Assembly (NCBI GenBank): GCA_021107685.1
Contig: JAIOSH010000130.1
Coordinates: 1 to 29,592 of the forward strand
Origin: Bacteroidales bacterium
Lineage (GTDB): Bacteria; Bacteroidota; Bacteroidia; Bacteroidales; SMBSF39
Reading direction: 5' to 3'
DNA length: 29,592 bases
Made by a program: the position numbers and the translations under genes. Positions 13,126 to 22,860 of the stretch are shown one piece after another. A model generated the notes under the pieces. It had not been told where the DNA came from. It did not search any database and worked only from the letters and a program-made list of their open reading frames with translations. Every line of letters starts with the position of its first letter. Positions within the stretch are counted from its first letter, which is position 1.

Positions 13126-15846
13126 TCAGTAAAGTTTCGTAGGAACATCCTGTCTGTCTTCATCGTCCTCATCCTCATCCCATTCAATAATAAATTTTGT
13201 GCTTTCCTGCTCTTTTGTTTCCTCCCTTTTTATGTTAGTATCATTTTTTAAAAGAGTATCTTTTTCCGTTTCTTCCCATTCAATTATGAATTTTCCTTTT
13301 TCCTGCTTTTCCATTATCTCTTTTTGTTTATCTTCATAATTTATTATAGAAGTATCCTTTTGTAACCAGTCAAATTCCTCTTTCAAAATATTTTTTAAAT
13401 TTTGTTTTTCTTTTCTGAAATCCGATTTGATTTTTTCCCTTACTCCTTTTGTGTCATATTTTAAAACAGGATTATCCGTAGTGCCTGTCAGGTGAAGATA
13501 TAATGTTGTCCGTCCTAATCCGTCATCTTCAATAACTCCGAACTCTTCATTTTCTTTTTGGGAACTTTTGGTTTTTCTATATAATATTTCTGATAGCAAA
13601 ATTCTGAAATTATAATCAATTTTATTATCAAATGTATGTATCCCTGTTGCCTGAAGATCAATCGTGCTGGATTTTATATCCATTTCAGGTATATGAATTT
13701 GTTTGTTTTTTATCTCAATTTGATTTGTTAATGTTGAAAACTTAATATGTTTCAGGTCTTCAACCTTAATATATCTGGATAAAACATTTAAAGGCATAAA
13801 ATTTATCAATTCGCCATTTTCTATTATTAAATCTCCTTTTGAATAAATGCTGTTTAAATCAACAGACAAATCAGAGCTTAGAGTTGAACTATAATGAACA
13901 TTAGCAGTAACAGTTCCTTTTAAATGTCGGTCAGTTATATTTTGCTGACCAAAATTTTCAAACTCATAAAATAATTTATTAATATTTACATTGTAAATTG
14001 ATGCATCACAGTTCAGGCTTAATTTATTTTTTCTTGTTTCTTTAATATTACCCGAAGCAGTTATATTGCCATCCATTGAAGCAAATGAAAGTTGTTTAAA
14101 ATACAGGTTTTTATTTTTAAAATCCAACTTACCCTTAATGTCTGATGCATTAAATCTTCTAAATTTTAACTTTTTAATATCAATGATAAGATTAAAATCC
14201 AATTTGTCGGATAAAGAAAATTGATAAATAGTATCGGTATTAGAAGATTTATATTTTAATAATTCGTTAAAATCAATATTTTGAGAAATAAGATTTGCAT
14301 TTATTTGTAATTTTTGATCAGATAGAAATAAATATGGAAGAACATTCCTGAAATAGCCTTTCATATTAAAATCACTTTGGGAGATTTTCCCTGTAAAATC
14401 TTGAATAATCAGATCATTATTACTGAAAATAAAAGAACCATTGAAATTATTATAATTAAGTTCACTATTTTTTAATAAGAATTTCATATTTTTAATGCTC
14501 ATTTTACCTGAAGTTTTGCTTGAGATAAAATCCTGTGACGTGAATTTTTTAAGGCTATTTAAGCGATTTTTAAATGATAGCTCTAAGTCTATGTCGCCGG
14601 ATATAGTTTCTAAAGTATCAATATTGATGAATTGCTGTAAATCTGCAAAGTTCAGATTAGCGGAAATTACAAGTTCGACATCCGGATTATCAAAATTATT
14701 TATAAATATATGCCCTTTTATATGCCCTGAATTTAATTCTGAATAAAAATCCTCAATATTCAGACTATATGAATTGGATTTTTTGTTTTTTCCGTTTGAA
14801 AAAATTCCTTTAACCGATACATTTTTAAGCGTAAAACCTGATTTTTTTTTGGAAATCTCACCATTTTCAAAATTAAAATTTACAGTAATAAGCGGTATAT
14901 TAGAGCCACTAATCCTTCCCTTGATAGAAGTTTTAAAATATAATTTTCCTTTGTTAGAATAATTTTTCAATTCATCTTTATATATATCCGGCAATTCCTG
15001 TATAAATGAACTTAATTCTGTTTTTTTTGCCTTTATCTGAATATCTAAATATTTTGAACCTGCCCCATCAGTAATATTCCCTGTAATATTAAATGTAAGT
15101 TTGTTAAAATTAAGTCTGCCTTTTAAAATTTGATATAATTTTTTATTTTTATCAACATTTAATACAAGGTCTATATGAGTATCTTTGTTTTCAAGAAAAA
15201 TAACATTTTCTGATTTAATGTAATTTGAAAAAACTTTTCCTTTAATATCCAAAAAAAAGTTTTCATCTGAAAATTTACCTTTTAATATTGTTTTTTTAGC
15301 AATAATCAAATATTCTTCATTAGAAAGATAATTAATATAGGAGATATGGACATTCTTAAAAATTAATTTTTCTAAGTTAAAAGAAAAAGAAGAATCAGCA
15401 GAATCAGCAGAAGTTTTCCAAAATTGATAATTATTTTTTCCATCTTTTAAAACAATAAGATTTATAAATGCATCTTTTATCTCAATATTTTTAATCTTAT
15501 AATTTTTATTATAAATATCAATTATATTAAAATAAAAAAAGATACTTCCTGCTTTTAATAACTTACAGGTTTTTTTATCATAAATTAATTCTTTAGTTTT
15601 AACATCAGTAAATTTTATTGAAGCAAAAGGAAATTTTTTCAATAATGAAAATTCAATATCATTTACAGTAATTTCAATATTAAGATTCTCATTAATTTTT
15701 TTAATAAAAATATCTTTTATTCTATCTTCGTATAAGAAACCGAGCAAAAGTCCGGTTACTAACAAAAAGGTAAATAAAATAACAATTCCAACAAATATTT
15801 TTTTAAATAATTTAGTTGCCAATCTTTTACTTTTTATGATTTGCAA
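13126..15846 (-). CDS. AsmA-family (AsmA-like C-terminal region) envelope protein
   Basis: N-terminal TM anchor, FSLLKKFPFASIKF, repeated beta-taco-like segments, and C-terminal IHIPEMDIKSS...G.HTFDN.IDY...DDGLGRT..YL..G. The start is uncertain (TTG 15846, or TTG about 15822). Confidence 0.8.
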   Translation of the reverse strand: MQIIKSKRLATKLFKKIFVGIVILFTFLLVTGLLLGFLYEDRIKDIFIKKINENLNIEITVNDIEFSLLKKFPFASIKFTDVKTKELIYDKKTCKLLKAGSIFFYFNIIDIYNKNYKIKNIEIKDAFINLIVLKDGKNNYQFWKTSADSADSSFSFNLEKLIFKNVHISYINYLSNEEYLIIAKKTILKGKFSDENFFLDIKGKVFSNYIKSENVIFLENKDTHIDLVLNVDKNKKLYQILKGRLNFNKLTFNITGNITDGAGSKYLDIQIKAKKTELSSFIQELPDIYKDELKNYSNKGKLYFKTSIKGRISGSNIPLITVNFNFENGEISKKKSGFTLKNVSVKGIFSNGKNKKSNSYSLNIEDFYSELNSGHIKGHIFINNFDNPDVELVISANLNFADLQQFINIDTLETISGDIDLELSFKNRLNSLKKFTSQDFISSKTSGKMSIKNMKFLLKNSELNYNNFNGSFIFSNNDLIIQDFTGKISQSDFNMKGYFRNVLPYLFLSDQKLQINANLISQNIDFNELLKYKSSNTDTIYQFSLSDKLDFNLIIDIKKLKFRRFNASDIKGKLDFKNKNLYFKQLSFASMDGNITASGNIKETRKNKLSLNCDASIYNVNINKLFYEFENFGQQNITDRHLKGTVTANVHYSSTLSSDLSVDLNSIYSKGDLIIENGELINFMPLNVLSRYIKVEDLKHIKFSTLTNQIEIKNKQIHIPEMDIKSSTIDLQATGIHTFDNKIDYNFRILLSEILYRKTKSSQKENEEFGVIEDDGLGRTTLYLHLTGTTDNPVLKYDTKGVREKIKSDFRKEKQNLKNILKEEFDWLQKDTSIINYEDKQKEIMEKQEKGKFIIEWEETEKDTLLKNDTNIKREETKEQESTKFIIEWDEDEDDEDRQDVPTKLY

Positions 15847-15909
15847 TTTAAATTTTTTATGAATAAATTTAAATATATTTATTTAACGCTTCTTTTTATG
15901 AAAAATTTA

Positions 15910-15917
15910 TATATTTG
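15910..15917 (+). promoter_or_regulatory. Candidate -7 box (TATATTTG) for the S9 peptidase
   Basis: TAnnTTTG followed by CCGC, 48 nt upstream of ATG 15966. Confidence 0.55.
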
Positions 15918-15965
15918 CCGCAAAATTTCATTTTATTTATTTACAATTCTTAAAACCAATAGATT

Positions 15966-17888
15966 ATGAAAAGAAAAACAAATTTATTATTTATCGCCAT
16001 AATTATAACAGGCGTAATATTTCTTATTGAAGGATGTACTAATACAGGAAAAGAAATTATGAAAGCAAAACTTATACCATTGGAAGATTTTTTTAAAAAT
16101 CCTGAAAAAACTGCATATCAAATTTCACCTGACGGAAAATATTATTCATATATGGGACCTTATGAAAACAGAATGAATATTTATGTTCAGGAAATTGGAA
16201 AAGAAGAAACAATTCGTTTAACAAGTGAAACCGATAGGGATATTGCCGGTTATTTTTGGCCAAATAACAATCAAATTTTATTTTTAAAAGATAATGGCGG
16301 TGATGAAAATTATAAGCTTTACGGAGTAAATATTGATGGAAGCGATTTAAAATGCTTTACAGATTATGAAGATGTAAGAACCAAGATAATTGATGAACTT
16401 GAAGATATTCCAAACGAGGTTATTATAGGAATGAATAAAAGAAACCCCCAGGCTTTTGACCCATACCGTTTAAATATTGAAACCGGCGAAATGGAAATGA
16501 TAGCAGAAAATCCCGGAAATATTCAGGGTTGGATGTTTGATCATAATGGTAAATTGCGAATTGCTTATGCAATTACCGATGGTGTTAATACCAGCCTCTT
16601 ATATCGTGAAACTGAAAAAGATGAATGGGAGACTGTTTTAACAACAAATTTTAAAGAAACAATGGCTCCGTACTTTTTTACTTTTGATAATAAAAACGTT
16701 TATGGTGTATCTAATCTCGGAAGAGATAAAACTGCAATTGTAAAATTTGATATTGCAAAAGGAAAAGAAATAGAAGTCCTTTACGAAAATTCCGATTATG
16801 ATGTTGAAGGATTATATTATTCAAGAAAACGAAAAGTATTAACTGCTGCCTCTTATACTTCTTCAAAAAGAGAAAGACATTTTTTTGATGATGAAACCCA
16901 AAAATTATTTGAGAATCTGGAAAAAAAACTTGGAGATTACGAATTAGGTATTAGTGCATATAATAAAGAAGAAGATGTATTTATTGTAAGAACATATAGT
17001 GATCGCTCCTTAGGAGCATATTATATTTATAATAAAAATACCGATAAGCTTGATAAAATTGTAGATGTCAGTCCTTGGTTAGATGAAGATGAAATGGCAA
17101 AAGTAGAGCCAATCCAATACGAATCAAGAGACGGATTAACAATTAACGGATATTTAACTTTACCTAAAGGATATAATTTGGAAAATGCCAAAAACTTACC
17201 TGCTATTATTAATCCACATGGTGGTCCTTGGTATAGAGATAGCTGGGGGTTCAATCCTGAAATCCAGTTTCTTGCAAATAGAGGTTATGCTGTATTGCAA
17301 ATGAATTTCAGGGGTTCAACAGGTTATGGAAAAAAATTCTGGGAAATATCGTTCAAACAATGGGGACTCACAATGCAGGATGATATTACTGATGGTACAA
17401 ACTGGCTAATTGAAAAAGGTATTGCCGATAAAGATAAAATCGTTATTTATGGTGGAAGCTATGGTGGTTATGCTACCTTACAGGGCTTAGTCGTAGAACC
17501 TGAATTATATGCTGCCGGTGTTGATTATGTTGGTGTTGCAAATTTATTTACTTTTATGAAAACTATTCCGCCTTATTGGAAACCTATGTTGGATATGATA
17601 TATGAAATGGTTGGAGACCCTGTTAAAGACAGTATTCAATTAAGAGCTACTTCTCCTGTATTTAATGCTGATAAAATTACAGCTCCTTTGTTTATTGCTC
17701 AGGGAGCTAATGACCCAAGAGTAAATAAAGATGAATCTGATCAAATGGTTGAAGCAATGAAAAAACGTGGAGTTGATGTAGAATATTTGGTTAAAGATGA
17801 TGAAGGACATGGTTTTCGTAATGAAGAAAACAGGTTTGATTTTTACAGGGCAATGGAAAAATTTCTTGAAAGGCAGTTAAAAAATTAA
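15966..17888 (+). CDS. S9 (prolyl oligopeptidase family) serine peptidase, probable lipoprotein
   Basis: Propeller N-terminus; HGGP, NFRGSTGYG, GGSYGG (catalytic Ser), NDPRV (Asp), EGHGF (His). Hydrophobic leader ending IEGC. Confidence 0.93.
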   Translation: MKRKTNLLFIAIIITGVIFLIEGCTNTGKEIMKAKLIPLEDFFKNPEKTAYQISPDGKYYSYMGPYENRMNIYVQEIGKEETIRLTSETDRDIAGYFWPNNNQILFLKDNGGDENYKLYGVNIDGSDLKCFTDYEDVRTKIIDELEDIPNEVIIGMNKRNPQAFDPYRLNIETGEMEMIAENPGNIQGWMFDHNGKLRIAYAITDGVNTSLLYRETEKDEWETVLTTNFKETMAPYFFTFDNKNVYGVSNLGRDKTAIVKFDIAKGKEIEVLYENSDYDVEGLYYSRKRKVLTAASYTSSKRERHFFDDETQKLFENLEKKLGDYELGISAYNKEEDVFIVRTYSDRSLGAYYIYNKNTDKLDKIVDVSPWLDEDEMAKVEPIQYESRDGLTINGYLTLPKGYNLENAKNLPAIINPHGGPWYRDSWGFNPEIQFLANRGYAVLQMNFRGSTGYGKKFWEISFKQWGLTMQDDITDGTNWLIEKGIADKDKIVIYGGSYGGYATLQGLVVEPELYAAGVDYVGVANLFTFMKTIPPYWKPMLDMIYEMVGDPVKDSIQLRATSPVFNADKITAPLFIAQGANDPRVNKDESDQMVEAMKKRGVDVEYLVKDDEGHGFRNEENRFDFYRAMEKFLERQLKN

Positions 17889-17925
17889 ATATACTCGTTT
17901 AAAATTTTTCATAATTTAATATAGG

Positions 17926-17955
17926 AAGCCGGTCAGTTTTGACCGGCTTTTTTTT
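17926..17955 (+). terminator. Intrinsic terminator
   Basis: AAGCCGGTCA-GTTT-TGACCGGCTT followed by a T tract, downstream of the S9 gene. Confidence 0.9.
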
Positions 17956-18037
17956 ACCAAAATTTTTTTATAATCATAGTGTAACTTTTTATATTAATAT
18001 TAGTCATAAGTATATAAGATTAACTTACATATTAAAC

Positions 18038-18075
18038 TGACCGAATACGCACATATTTTGTATATAAATCGTACA
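18038..18075. promoter_or_regulatory. Candidate tandem enhancer (bEBP-binding) sites
   Basis: TGACCGAATACGCACA (18038-18053) and TGTATATAAATCGTACA (18059-18075). Their right half-sites CG-N-ACA are 22 bp apart and resemble TGTTCAAAAACGAACA upstream of the response regulator. Confidence 0.4.
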
Positions 18076-18140
18076 CTTTCAAAAATTAAAAGCTATAATT
18101 TTTGATGGTAATTTGTTATATGTCAGCTTATAATTTATAC

Positions 18141-18155
18141 TGGTATGATAAATGT
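18141..18155 (+). promoter_or_regulatory. Candidate degenerate sigma54 -24/-12 promoter
   Basis: TGGTAT-GATAA-ATGT: GG with a correctly spaced -12 position, but GT instead of GC. About 100 nt upstream of the ABC operon start. Confidence 0.35.
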
Positions 18156-18252
18156 TAAAATATATTTACTTTATATATCGTTAAAATTATGGTTAAATTT
18201 TATATATTTTTAGTTGAAAAATTCCATAATTAAAACATTATTTCCAAATTAA

Positions 18253-18969
18253 ATGATAAAACTTAATAATTTAAATAAAACTTATATAACAGGTAATAAT
18301 AAATTACATGTTTTAAAAGGATTAGATCTTGAAATAGAACAAGGAGAACTTGTTTCGATTATGGGGTCATCAGGTTCGGGAAAATCTACTTTGCTCAATA
18401 TTATCGGTATATTAGACAATTATGATCCTGGAGATTATTATTTGAATAATACATTGATCAAGGATATGAATGAAACTAAGGCTGCACATTATAGAAATAA
18501 ATATATAGGATTTGTTTTTCAATCGTTTAATCTGATTTCATTCAAAAATGCAGTAGAAAATGTAGCCCTCCCTCTTTATTATCAAAAAGTCAGCAGAAGA
18601 AAAAGAAATAAACGTGCATTAGAATATTTAGATAAAATGGGATTACTTGAATGGGCAGATCATTTGCCAAATGAATTATCAGGCGGACAAAAACAACGAC
18701 TGGCAATAGCAAGAGCTTTGATATCCGAACCAAAGATCATACTGGCAGATGAGCCTACAGGAGCATTAGATTCCAAGACTTCAATGGAAGTAATGGATAT
18801 TTTTCAGGAAATTAATAAAACCGGAATTACAATTTTGATTGTTACGCATGAACGTGATATCGCAGCAAGAACCGATAGAATAATAAGATTAAAAGACGGA
18901 ATTATTGAATCAATAGTTAATAATGGTGAAAGAAAAAAATGGCTCAATGAAATGACTATTACTAATTAA
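18253..18969 (+). CDS. ABC transporter ATP-binding protein (MacB/LolD-type)
   Basis: GSSGSGKST, GFVFQSFNL, LSGGQKQR, ILADEPTGALD, VTHE. Confidence 0.95.
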   Translation: MIKLNNLNKTYITGNNKLHVLKGLDLEIEQGELVSIMGSSGSGKSTLLNIIGILDNYDPGDYYLNNTLIKDMNETKAAHYRNKYIGFVFQSFNLISFKNAVENVALPLYYQKVSRRKRNKRALEYLDKMGLLEWADHLPNELSGGQKQRLAIARALISEPKIILADEPTGALDSKTSMEVMDIFQEINKTGITILIVTHERDIAARTDRIIRLKDGIIESIVNNGERKKWLNEMTITN

Positions 18970-18993
18970 AAAAGATTAATCTAAAATCCAAAT

Positions 18994-20223
18994 ATGTTTG
19001 ATTTAGATAAATGGCAGGAAATATTCAGTACTATTAAGAAAAATAAATTACGGACTTTCTTGACAGGTTTTAGTGTAGCATGGGGTATTTTTATGCTTAT
19101 TATATTATTAGGTTCAGGTTATGGTCTTGAAAATGGTGTAAAGAAAGAATTCAAAGGCGATGCTGAAAATACTATCTGGATTAACCAGGGAATTACCAGT
19201 GTGGCTCATAAAGGTTATAAGCCCGGAAGGTTTATCAGATTCACAAATGATGATTATGAAGATGTTAAATTAGTGGATGACGTAGAACATATATCTTCCC
19301 GATTTAGAATATGGGAAAACAATACTATATCATATAATAATGAATTTGGAAGTTTTGATATTTTTTGTTCTCATCCTGAGTATGGTATAATAGAGAACAT
19401 TGAAGTTGCTAAAGGAAGATTTTTAAATAAATCGGATGTTGAAAATTTCAGGAAAGTTACTGCTATCGGAAGATTAGTTGATGAAGCTCTTTTTAAAGGA
19501 GAATCACCAATAGGTAAATATGTAAAATTAAGCGGTGTTCCTTTTAAAGTAGTAGGAGTTTTTGATGACCCGGGTGGTGACCGTGATCTGTCAAGAGTTT
19601 ACATACCTGTTTCCACAGCCCAGAAAGTTTTTAACAGAGGAAATAGGATTAATAATATCTCAATGACAGTAGGAGAAGCAACAGTAGAACGAAGTAATCA
19701 AATGGTTGAGGAAATCAGGAGTAAACTTGCCTCGACTCATCATTTTTCACCTGAAGACATACGAGCTATACATATTTGGAACAATGTAGAAAATTATAAA
19801 CAATTTATGGATTTATTTGCCAGCATCAGGCTTTTTATCTGGATAATAGGTATAGGTACTATCATAGCCGGAATTGTTGGGGTAAGTAATATAATGATGA
19901 TAGTTGTAAAAGAACGGACAAAAGAAATAGGTATCAGAAAGGCAATGGGCGCAACACCATGGTCAATAATTAGCCTGATACTTCAGGAATCAGTATTAAT
20001 TACAGGTTTTGCAGGTTATATTGGTTTAGTATTGGGAGTTGGTTTGCTCGAACTTATATCAAAAGCTATGCCTGCAACTGATTACTTTGCAAATCCTGAA
20101 ATTAATTTTAATGTAGCAATAGGAGCAACACTTTTATTAATAATATCAGGTGCTATTGCAGGTTTTGTCCCTGCAAAAAAAGCAGCAAGTGTTAAACCTG
20201 TTGCAGCACTTAAAGATGAATAA
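18994..20223 (+). CDS. ABC transporter permease (MacB-PCD/FtsX type)
   Basis: KNKLRTFLT..V.WGIFMLI, a periplasmic domain, GVSNIM...VKERTKEIGIRKAMGA, and C-terminal PAKKAA.VKPV.AL.DE. Confidence 0.93.
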   Translation: MFDLDKWQEIFSTIKKNKLRTFLTGFSVAWGIFMLIILLGSGYGLENGVKKEFKGDAENTIWINQGITSVAHKGYKPGRFIRFTNDDYEDVKLVDDVEHISSRFRIWENNTISYNNEFGSFDIFCSHPEYGIIENIEVAKGRFLNKSDVENFRKVTAIGRLVDEALFKGESPIGKYVKLSGVPFKVVGVFDDPGGDRDLSRVYIPVSTAQKVFNRGNRINNISMTVGEATVERSNQMVEEIRSKLASTHHFSPEDIRAIHIWNNVENYKQFMDLFASIRLFIWIIGIGTIIAGIVGVSNIMMIVVKERTKEIGIRKAMGATPWSIISLILQESVLITGFAGYIGLVLGVGLLELISKAMPATDYFANPEINFNVAIGATLLLIISGAIAGFVPAKKAASVKPVAALKDE

Positions 20224-20232
20224 AATAATAAT

Positions 20233-21495
20233 ATGTTTGACATAGATAGATGGCAGGAAATATATAGTGCTTTAAAGAAGAATAAATTACGAACCTTCTT
20301 TACTGCTTTTGGTGTGTTTTGGGGGATATTTATGCTTATCATAATGCTTGGTTCGGGAGAAGGATTGCAAAATGGTGTTAATCAGGGTATGGGAGATATG
20401 GCAACTAATAGTTTATTTATGTGGACACGAAGAACTACTATTCCTTACAAAGGATTTCCACGAGGCAGATTCTTCCGTTTTAAAAATAATGATACTAAGG
20501 CTCTTATAGATAATATTCCTGAAATTGAAAACATTGCTCCCAGACTTCAGGGTTGGGGTGGAGACGGAAACAATAATGTAATTCGTAAAGAAAGAACCGG
20601 TGCCTTTACAATACAAGGAGATTACCCTGAATATAATATTATTGACCCTGTTGAAATAATTAAAGGAAGATTTATCAATTATAACGATATAAGAGATAAA
20701 AGAAAGGTTGCTGTTATCGGGACAAGAGTTTTTAACGAAATGTTTGCTCCTGATGAAGACCCTATTAACCAATATCTTCGCATTCAGGGAGTTTATTTTA
20801 AGGTAATTGGTATGTTTAAATCAAAGAAAAACGACCAGCAGGCAGACCGTGAAAACCAACAAATTTTCCTGCCTTTTACAACATTACAAAAAACCTATAA
20901 TTATGGTGATATGGTAGGCTGGTACTCTATTACTGCCAAAAAAGACTTTTCTGTATCGCTTGTTGAAGAAAAAGCCAAAACATTATTGAAAAGTCGCCAC
21001 AACATAGCTCCTAACGATGACAGGGCAATAGGTTCATTTAACGTTGAAACAGAATTTAAAAAAATGACAAACCTGTTTGCTGGTATTAACGGATTAATAT
21101 GGATTGTTGGTATTGGAACATTATTGGCTGGAGTAATTGGCGTAAGCAATATTATGTTAATTGTTGTTAAAGAACGAACAAAAGAAATCGGAATTCAGCG
21201 TGCTATTGGCGCTACACCCATTAATATCATAAGCCAGATTATTACTGAGTCTGTTTTCTTAACTTCTATTGCAGGTTACTTTGGTTTGGCAATTGGAGTT
21301 GGAGTTCTTGAGCTTATCAATTATTTATTAATAAAAACAGGTGCCGACACTTCAATGTTTGCTAATCCTGAAGTTGATTTTAATAAAGCTATAACAGCTT
21401 TGATAATTTTAATAATTTCAGGTGCTTTTGCAGGGTTGATTCCTGCGAAAAGAGCTGTTAGCATAAAACCTATTGATGCATTAAGAGATGAATGA
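20233..21495 (+). CDS. Second paralogous ABC transporter permease (MacB-PCD/FtsX type)
   Basis: Same architecture: KNKLRTFFT, GVSNIML..VKERTKEIGIQRAIGA, PAKRAV.IKPIDALRDE. Confidence 0.93.
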   Translation: MFDIDRWQEIYSALKKNKLRTFFTAFGVFWGIFMLIIMLGSGEGLQNGVNQGMGDMATNSLFMWTRRTTIPYKGFPRGRFFRFKNNDTKALIDNIPEIENIAPRLQGWGGDGNNNVIRKERTGAFTIQGDYPEYNIIDPVEIIKGRFINYNDIRDKRKVAVIGTRVFNEMFAPDEDPINQYLRIQGVYFKVIGMFKSKKNDQQADRENQQIFLPFTTLQKTYNYGDMVGWYSITAKKDFSVSLVEEKAKTLLKSRHNIAPNDDRAIGSFNVETEFKKMTNLFAGINGLIWIVGIGTLLAGVIGVSNIMLIVVKERTKEIGIQRAIGATPINIISQIITESVFLTSIAGYFGLAIGVGVLELINYLLIKTGADTSMFANPEVDFNKAITALIILIISGAFAGLIPAKRAVSIKPIDALRDE

Positions 21496-21570
21496 AATTA
21501 ATTAATGAATTAAAAAATATCTTTATTTAAAAAAATGAAATTATAAATCAAAATTTATTACTTACTCGTT

Positions 21571-22659
21571 ATGAAAAAAATGAAAACTTTTTTTAAAATT
21601 TTTATAGGTGTTGTAATACTTACAATATTTATTTATACAATCTACTTTTTATATAACAAATCTCAGGCAAAACCAATTATTTTTGAAACAACCACTCCTT
21701 TTACAACAAATATTATTAAAAAAACTGTTGCAACCGGGTCGATTGTCCCAAGAAAGGAAATTGATATTAAACCAAAAGTTTCAGGTATAATAGAGCAAAT
21801 TTATATTGAACCCGGGCAAGATATTAAAAAAGGTGATTTAATTGCAAAAGTTAAGATCATTCCTAATATGGTTAATCTTAATAATGCAGAATCAAGATTA
21901 AAAAGAGCCAGGATCAGCCTGAAAGATGCAAAAAGAAATTTTGACAGACAAAAGGATCTGTTTGACAGGAAAGTGATTGCCAGATCGGAATTTGAAGCCT
22001 ATGAATTAACATATAGTAATGCAATAGAAGAAGTTGAAGCTGCAGAAAATAATCTTGAATTAATTAAAAAAGGACAAACTAAAAATTCAGGACAAACAAC
22101 AAATACCTTAATTCGGTCAACAATTGATGGAATGATTTTAGATGTACCTGTTAAAGAAGGAAATTCGGTAATAGAAAGTAATACCTTTAATGATGGTACA
22201 ACTATTGCCAATATTGCGGATATGGGCGAAATGGTATTTGAAGGTAAAGTAGATGAGTCGGAAGTTGGTAAGATAAAGGAAGGAATGGGACTGATACTTT
22301 CAATAGGTGCAATTGAAAATGTAAAATTTAATGCTAAGTTAGAACATATTTCTCCAAAAGGTGTAGAGGAAAACGGAGCAATTCAGTTTGAGATTAAAGC
22401 TGATGTTATATTAATTGACACCCTGTTTATAAGGGCTGGATATAGTGCTAATGCCGATATAGTTTTAGATAGAAAAGATAGTGTTATGGCAATTAATGAA
22501 AGTTTGCTTCATTTTGAAGGTGATTCGGTATATGTTGAAGTTGAAACAGAACCTCAAAATTTTGAAAAAAAATATATAGAAACAGGATTATCTGACGGAA
22601 TTAATATTGAGATTATATCAGGATTAACCAAAAAAGATAAAATTAAGACACCCCAATAA
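21571..22659 (+). CDS. Efflux periplasmic adaptor subunit (MacA/HlyD family)
   Basis: N-terminal TM, ATGSIVP...IKPKVSGII..I...G..IKKGD, coiled coil, IRSTIDG.IL, GKVDESEVGKIKEGM, TGLSDG.NIEIISGL. Confidence 0.92.
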   Translation: MKKMKTFFKIFIGVVILTIFIYTIYFLYNKSQAKPIIFETTTPFTTNIIKKTVATGSIVPRKEIDIKPKVSGIIEQIYIEPGQDIKKGDLIAKVKIIPNMVNLNNAESRLKRARISLKDAKRNFDRQKDLFDRKVIARSEFEAYELTYSNAIEEVEAAENNLELIKKGQTKNSGQTTNTLIRSTIDGMILDVPVKEGNSVIESNTFNDGTTIANIADMGEMVFEGKVDESEVGKIKEGMGLILSIGAIENVKFNAKLEHISPKGVEENGAIQFEIKADVILIDTLFIRAGYSANADIVLDRKDSVMAINESLLHFEGDSVYVEVETEPQNFEKKYIETGLSDGINIEIISGLTKKDKIKTPQ

Positions 22660-22709
22660 TGCTTTGAGGTAATAAATAGGATCATTTTTTTTAATAATTT
22701 AAAGTTACT

Positions 22710-22749
22710 AATATCCCGATATTGGAATAATATCTAATGTGGGGATATT
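22710..22749 (+). terminator. Hairpin downstream of the ABC operon (possible terminator)
   Basis: AATATCCC/GGGATATT outer stem plus ATATTGGA/TCTAATGT inner stem (two G-U pairs), 6-nt loop. The T tail is weak. Confidence 0.5.
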
Positions 22750-22801
22750 TTAGTATTGCCAAATTATTGTAACAATCAGAAAATCAAGTAAAAATAAAAA
22801 A

Positions 22802-22816
22802 TGGCATAATATTAGC
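22802..22816 (+). promoter_or_regulatory. Candidate sigma54 -24/-12 promoter
   Basis: TGGCAT-AATAT-TAGC versus consensus TGGCAC-N5-TTGC, with exact GG-N10-GC spacing, 44 nt upstream of ATG 22861. Confidence 0.5.
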
Positions 22817-22860
22817 TAATAAATTATTCAATAAAAAATTTATCACGTATTAAAAAGCTA

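Noticed and set aside
22767-22777. ATTGT-A-ACAAT mini-palindrome upstream of the sigma54-like promoter
   Set aside because: Too short and AT-rich to call an operator without comparative data.
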